From assembly GCA_040005235.1 (NCBI GenBank), contig JBDTZG010000004.1:150392-214391 (forward strand): a stretch of 64,000 nt of DNA, written 5' to 3'. Below, in pieces: positions 61,634 through 64,000 of this stretch. The stretch's first letter is position 1. Each line of letters starts with the position of its first letter. The translations under genes were made by a program, and so were the position numbers. This DNA is from Acidobacteriota bacterium (lineage in GTDB: Bacteria > Acidobacteriota > Thermoanaerobaculia > Multivoradales > UBA5704). The notes beneath the pieces were generated by a model. It was given only the letters and a program-made list of their open reading frames with translations. It was not told the origin of the DNA and searched no databases.

Positions 61634-63392
61634 ACGTGTACAGCTCCTCGGAGATCGCGCTGGTGGAACCGGAAGAATCGGTGGCGAAACCGCTCCGCCT
61701 CCGCTCGCGCCAGGCGGGCAGGAGGGTGCGCCAGACCTCGGGCAGGTCGCGGCCGTCGATCAGAAAATCACCGAGCACCAGGGCGTCGAGCGTGGCATCC
61801 GCCGCGGAGAGCAGCGCATCGACCGGGGTGGCTACGATCGGCTCACCCGCGACGTTGAACGAGGTGTTGACCAGGATCGGGCAGCCGGTCCGGCGGAAGA
61901 ACGCTTCGAGCAGCGCCGCGAACCGGGGATGATCTTGCGGGTCGACCGTCTGCGGCCGAGCCGAGCCATCGACGTGGGTGATCCCGGGCAGCGCCAGGGG
62001 CGAACGGACGGCGCAGGTTTCGAGCATAAACGGTGAGGGGTGATCGAGCTCGAAATGCTCCGCGGCTTGCCCCGCGAGGACCGCCGGGGCAAACGGCCGA
62101 AACGCCTCCCGCTTCTTGACCCGCCGGTTCAGCCGCTCGCGGACTCCTAAGTCGAGCGGGTTGGCGAGAATCGACCGGTTTCCGAGCGCGCGCGGCCCAT
62201 GCTCCATCCGGCCATCGAACCAGCCGACGATCTGGTGCTGCGCCAACCGCTCGGCGACCGCGTCGAGCAACTCCGCCTCGCGGCCGGAATAATCGGTCGC
62301 GGCAAGGCCGGCCCCGGTAATGATCGCCGCGATCTCTGAATGGGAAAACGAGGGGCCGAGATCGACGCGGTGGAGCGCTCGGCGTCCGATCGGCGTTCCC
62401 CCGAGCTTGGCATGGGCGAGCGCCGCCGCCCCGAGACACCCGCCGGAGTCTCCCGCCGCGGGTTGGACGAACAGGCGTCGGAACGGTCCTTCCCTCAGGA
62501 TTCGTCCGTCCGCCACGCAGTTGAGCGCCACGCCGCCGGCCATGCAGAGATCGTCTTCTCCCGTCTCGTCGTGCAGCCAGCGGGCTTTCTCCAGCAGGAT
62601 CTCTTCGAGCAGCACCTGAGCGCTCCGCGCGAGGTCGCGATGGAACGGCAGGATCTCTTCCCCCCGGCGGCGCGGCGGACCGCCGAGCAACTGCTCGAAC
62701 GCGTCGGACCACATGCGGGTTCCTCCGACGAAGTCGAAGTACTTGAGGTCTAGGGTGAAACTCGCCCCCGGCTCGACCCGGATCGCCTTGGCCAGGCGAT
62801 CGACGAGCCGAGGTTCGCCATAAGGGGCCAAGCCCATCACCTTGTATTCGCCGTCGTTCACCGCGAAACCGAGATAGGCGGTGACGGTCGAATAGAACAG
62901 ACCGAGCGAGTGAGGAAACCGGACCTCGGCGAACAGAGAGAGATCGCCCGCTTCCCCCTGGCCGTACGTGGTGGTCGCCCATTCGCCGACCCCGTCGACG
63001 GTCAACGTCGCCGCCCGTTCGAAGCCGCTCCAGTAGAACGCGCTCGCGGCGTGGCAGAGGTGGTGGGGAAAGAACAAGATCTCCCCTTCCCAGCCGAGCC
63101 GCTCGCGGATCGCCCGCTCCGGGGCGTTCGGGCCGAGCGCGGAAGCCTGCATGCCGGACGCCAGCTGCCGTTCGTGTTTCAATTCGGGCAACTCGTAATA
63201 GGCGATGGCGTCGAGATCGAGCAGATCGAGCCCTTCGTGTTCGAGGCAGAACCGGAACGCCTCCACCGGCAGCCGCGGATCGTGCTTGACCCGGGTGAAC
63301 CGCTCTTCGGAGGCTGCGGCGACCAGCCGCCCATCGCGCAGCAGGCAGCAGGACGACTCGTGGTAGAAGGCCGAGATGCCTAGAATGTTCAT
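61626..63392 (-). CDS. Carbamoyltransferase (NodU/CmcH/TobZ family)
   Basis: ILGISAFYHES, EERFTR.KH, HHLCHA, DGVGE, EYKVMGLAPYG, GGVALNC, GPRALGNRS, FRPFAP, NTSFN. Confidence 0.95.
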   Translation of the reverse strand: MNILGISAFYHESSCCLLRDGRLVAAASEERFTRVKHDPRLPVEAFRFCLEHEGLDLLDLDAIAYYELPELKHERQLASGMQASALGPNAPERAIRERLGWEGEILFFPHHLCHAASAFYWSGFERAATLTVDGVGEWATTTYGQGEAGDLSLFAEVRFPHSLGLFYSTVTAYLGFAVNDGEYKVMGLAPYGEPRLVDRLAKAIRVEPGASFTLDLKYFDFVGGTRMWSDAFEQLLGGPPRRRGEEILPFHRDLARSAQVLLEEILLEKARWLHDETGEDDLCMAGGVALNCVADGRILREGPFRRLFVQPAAGDSGGCLGAAALAHAKLGGTPIGRRALHRVDLGPSFSHSEIAAIITGAGLAATDYSGREAELLDAVAERLAQHQIVGWFDGRMEHGPRALGNRSILANPLDLGVRERLNRRVKKREAFRPFAPAVLAGQAAEHFELDHPSPFMLETCAVRSPLALPGITHVDGSARPQTVDPQDHPRFAALLEAFFRRTGCPILVNTSFNVAGEPIVATPVDALLSAADATLDALVLGDFLIDGRDLPEVWRTLLPAWRERRRSGFATDSSGSTSAISEELYTFV

Positions 63393-63522
63393 GGGCTAAG
63401 GCATTCTACAGGAAGGGTTTAGCCAGTCATCGCGCGATTCTTCGTTCGCGGGGCGAAAAGGGCGGGCCTGGTTTGAAACGAAGGGAGCGGGTACGATCCC
63501 GCCGCCCTGGGAGGGCAACCTC

Positions 63523-64000
63523 ATGACGATCCGCCCGCTCGCGACCTATATCGACCACACCTTGCTCAAGCCGGACGCCACCCACGCCGGTTTTGAGCGG
63601 CTCGCGGCGGAAGCGGCGGAGCACGGTTTCGCCGCGGTCTGCGTGCCGCCTGCCTGGGTGAGCCTCATGGCGGAGCGGCTGGCGGGCACCGCCGTGCGGG
63701 TCGGCACGGTGATCGGATTTCCCTTCGGCTACGTCCATCCGGAAATCCGCCGGGTGGAATCGCTCCGGGCGCTCGCCGACGGTGCGGTGGAGCTGGATAC
63801 GGTGATCAACTTCTCCTGGCTCAAGAGCGAAGCGCCCTGGCCCGCGCGCGCGCTCGCCGATCTGGAAGATTGGGTGCTGGCCGTCCGCAACGTGCATCCG
63901 GAGGCGACGCTCAAAGTCATCCTGGAAACTGCCCTGCTTACAGAGCCGGAGAAGATTCACGGCGCGGCGTTGCGGGAATGGTTTGAGAGCGAGCGAACGA
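63523..64000 (+). CDS. deoC: Deoxyribose-phosphate aldolase (3' end outside window)
   Basis: MTIRPLATYIDHTLLKP, FAAVCV, VIGFPFG, GAVELDTVIN, KVILETALL. Confidence 0.9.
   Translation, partial: MTIRPLATYIDHTLLKPDATHAGFERLAAEAAEHGFAAVCVPPAWVSLMAERLAGTAVRVGTVIGFPFGYVHPEIRRVESLRALADGAVELDTVINFSWLKSEAPWPARALADLEDWVLAVRNVHPEATLKVILETALLTEPEKIHGAALREWFESERT

Overview
High-GC (visually ~65-70%) bacterial chromosomal segment. Gene content (DUF4388 and DUF1844 proteins, dnaK-hsp20-hspR, stand-alone DnaC-like loader, RsbW/STAS pair) suggests Acidobacteriota, possibly Thermoanaerobaculia; this is an inference, not a database result. About 55 CDS, mostly housekeeping, envelope and stress genes (polA, msrA, dacB, dcd, glpX, acyl-CoA dehydrogenase, envC-S41-yibQ, ybbAP/tesA, mazG, dnaK, deoC), interspersed with many toxin-antitoxin-like modules. 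No rRNA, tRNA, CRISPR array, integrase or transposase was recognised. Best candidates for novel biology: (1) a two-gene operon of a P-loop ATPase plus a protein with a degenerate P-loop-like N-terminal domain, NB-ARC and TPRs (20178-24331), followed directly by a non-coding array of seven palindromic 42-bp units (19833-20126) and two REP-like cassettes; (2) a secreted, Cys-rich tyrosinase-like/vWA fusion with a His-rich tail (12792-16355); (3) a convergent HicB-like/HicA-like pair whose HicA-like member lacks His (10072-10613); (4) a vapB direct duplication bracketing a lipoprotein gene; (5) an S41 protease homologue missing its catalytic Ser/Lys. All family calls come from motif recognition by eye.
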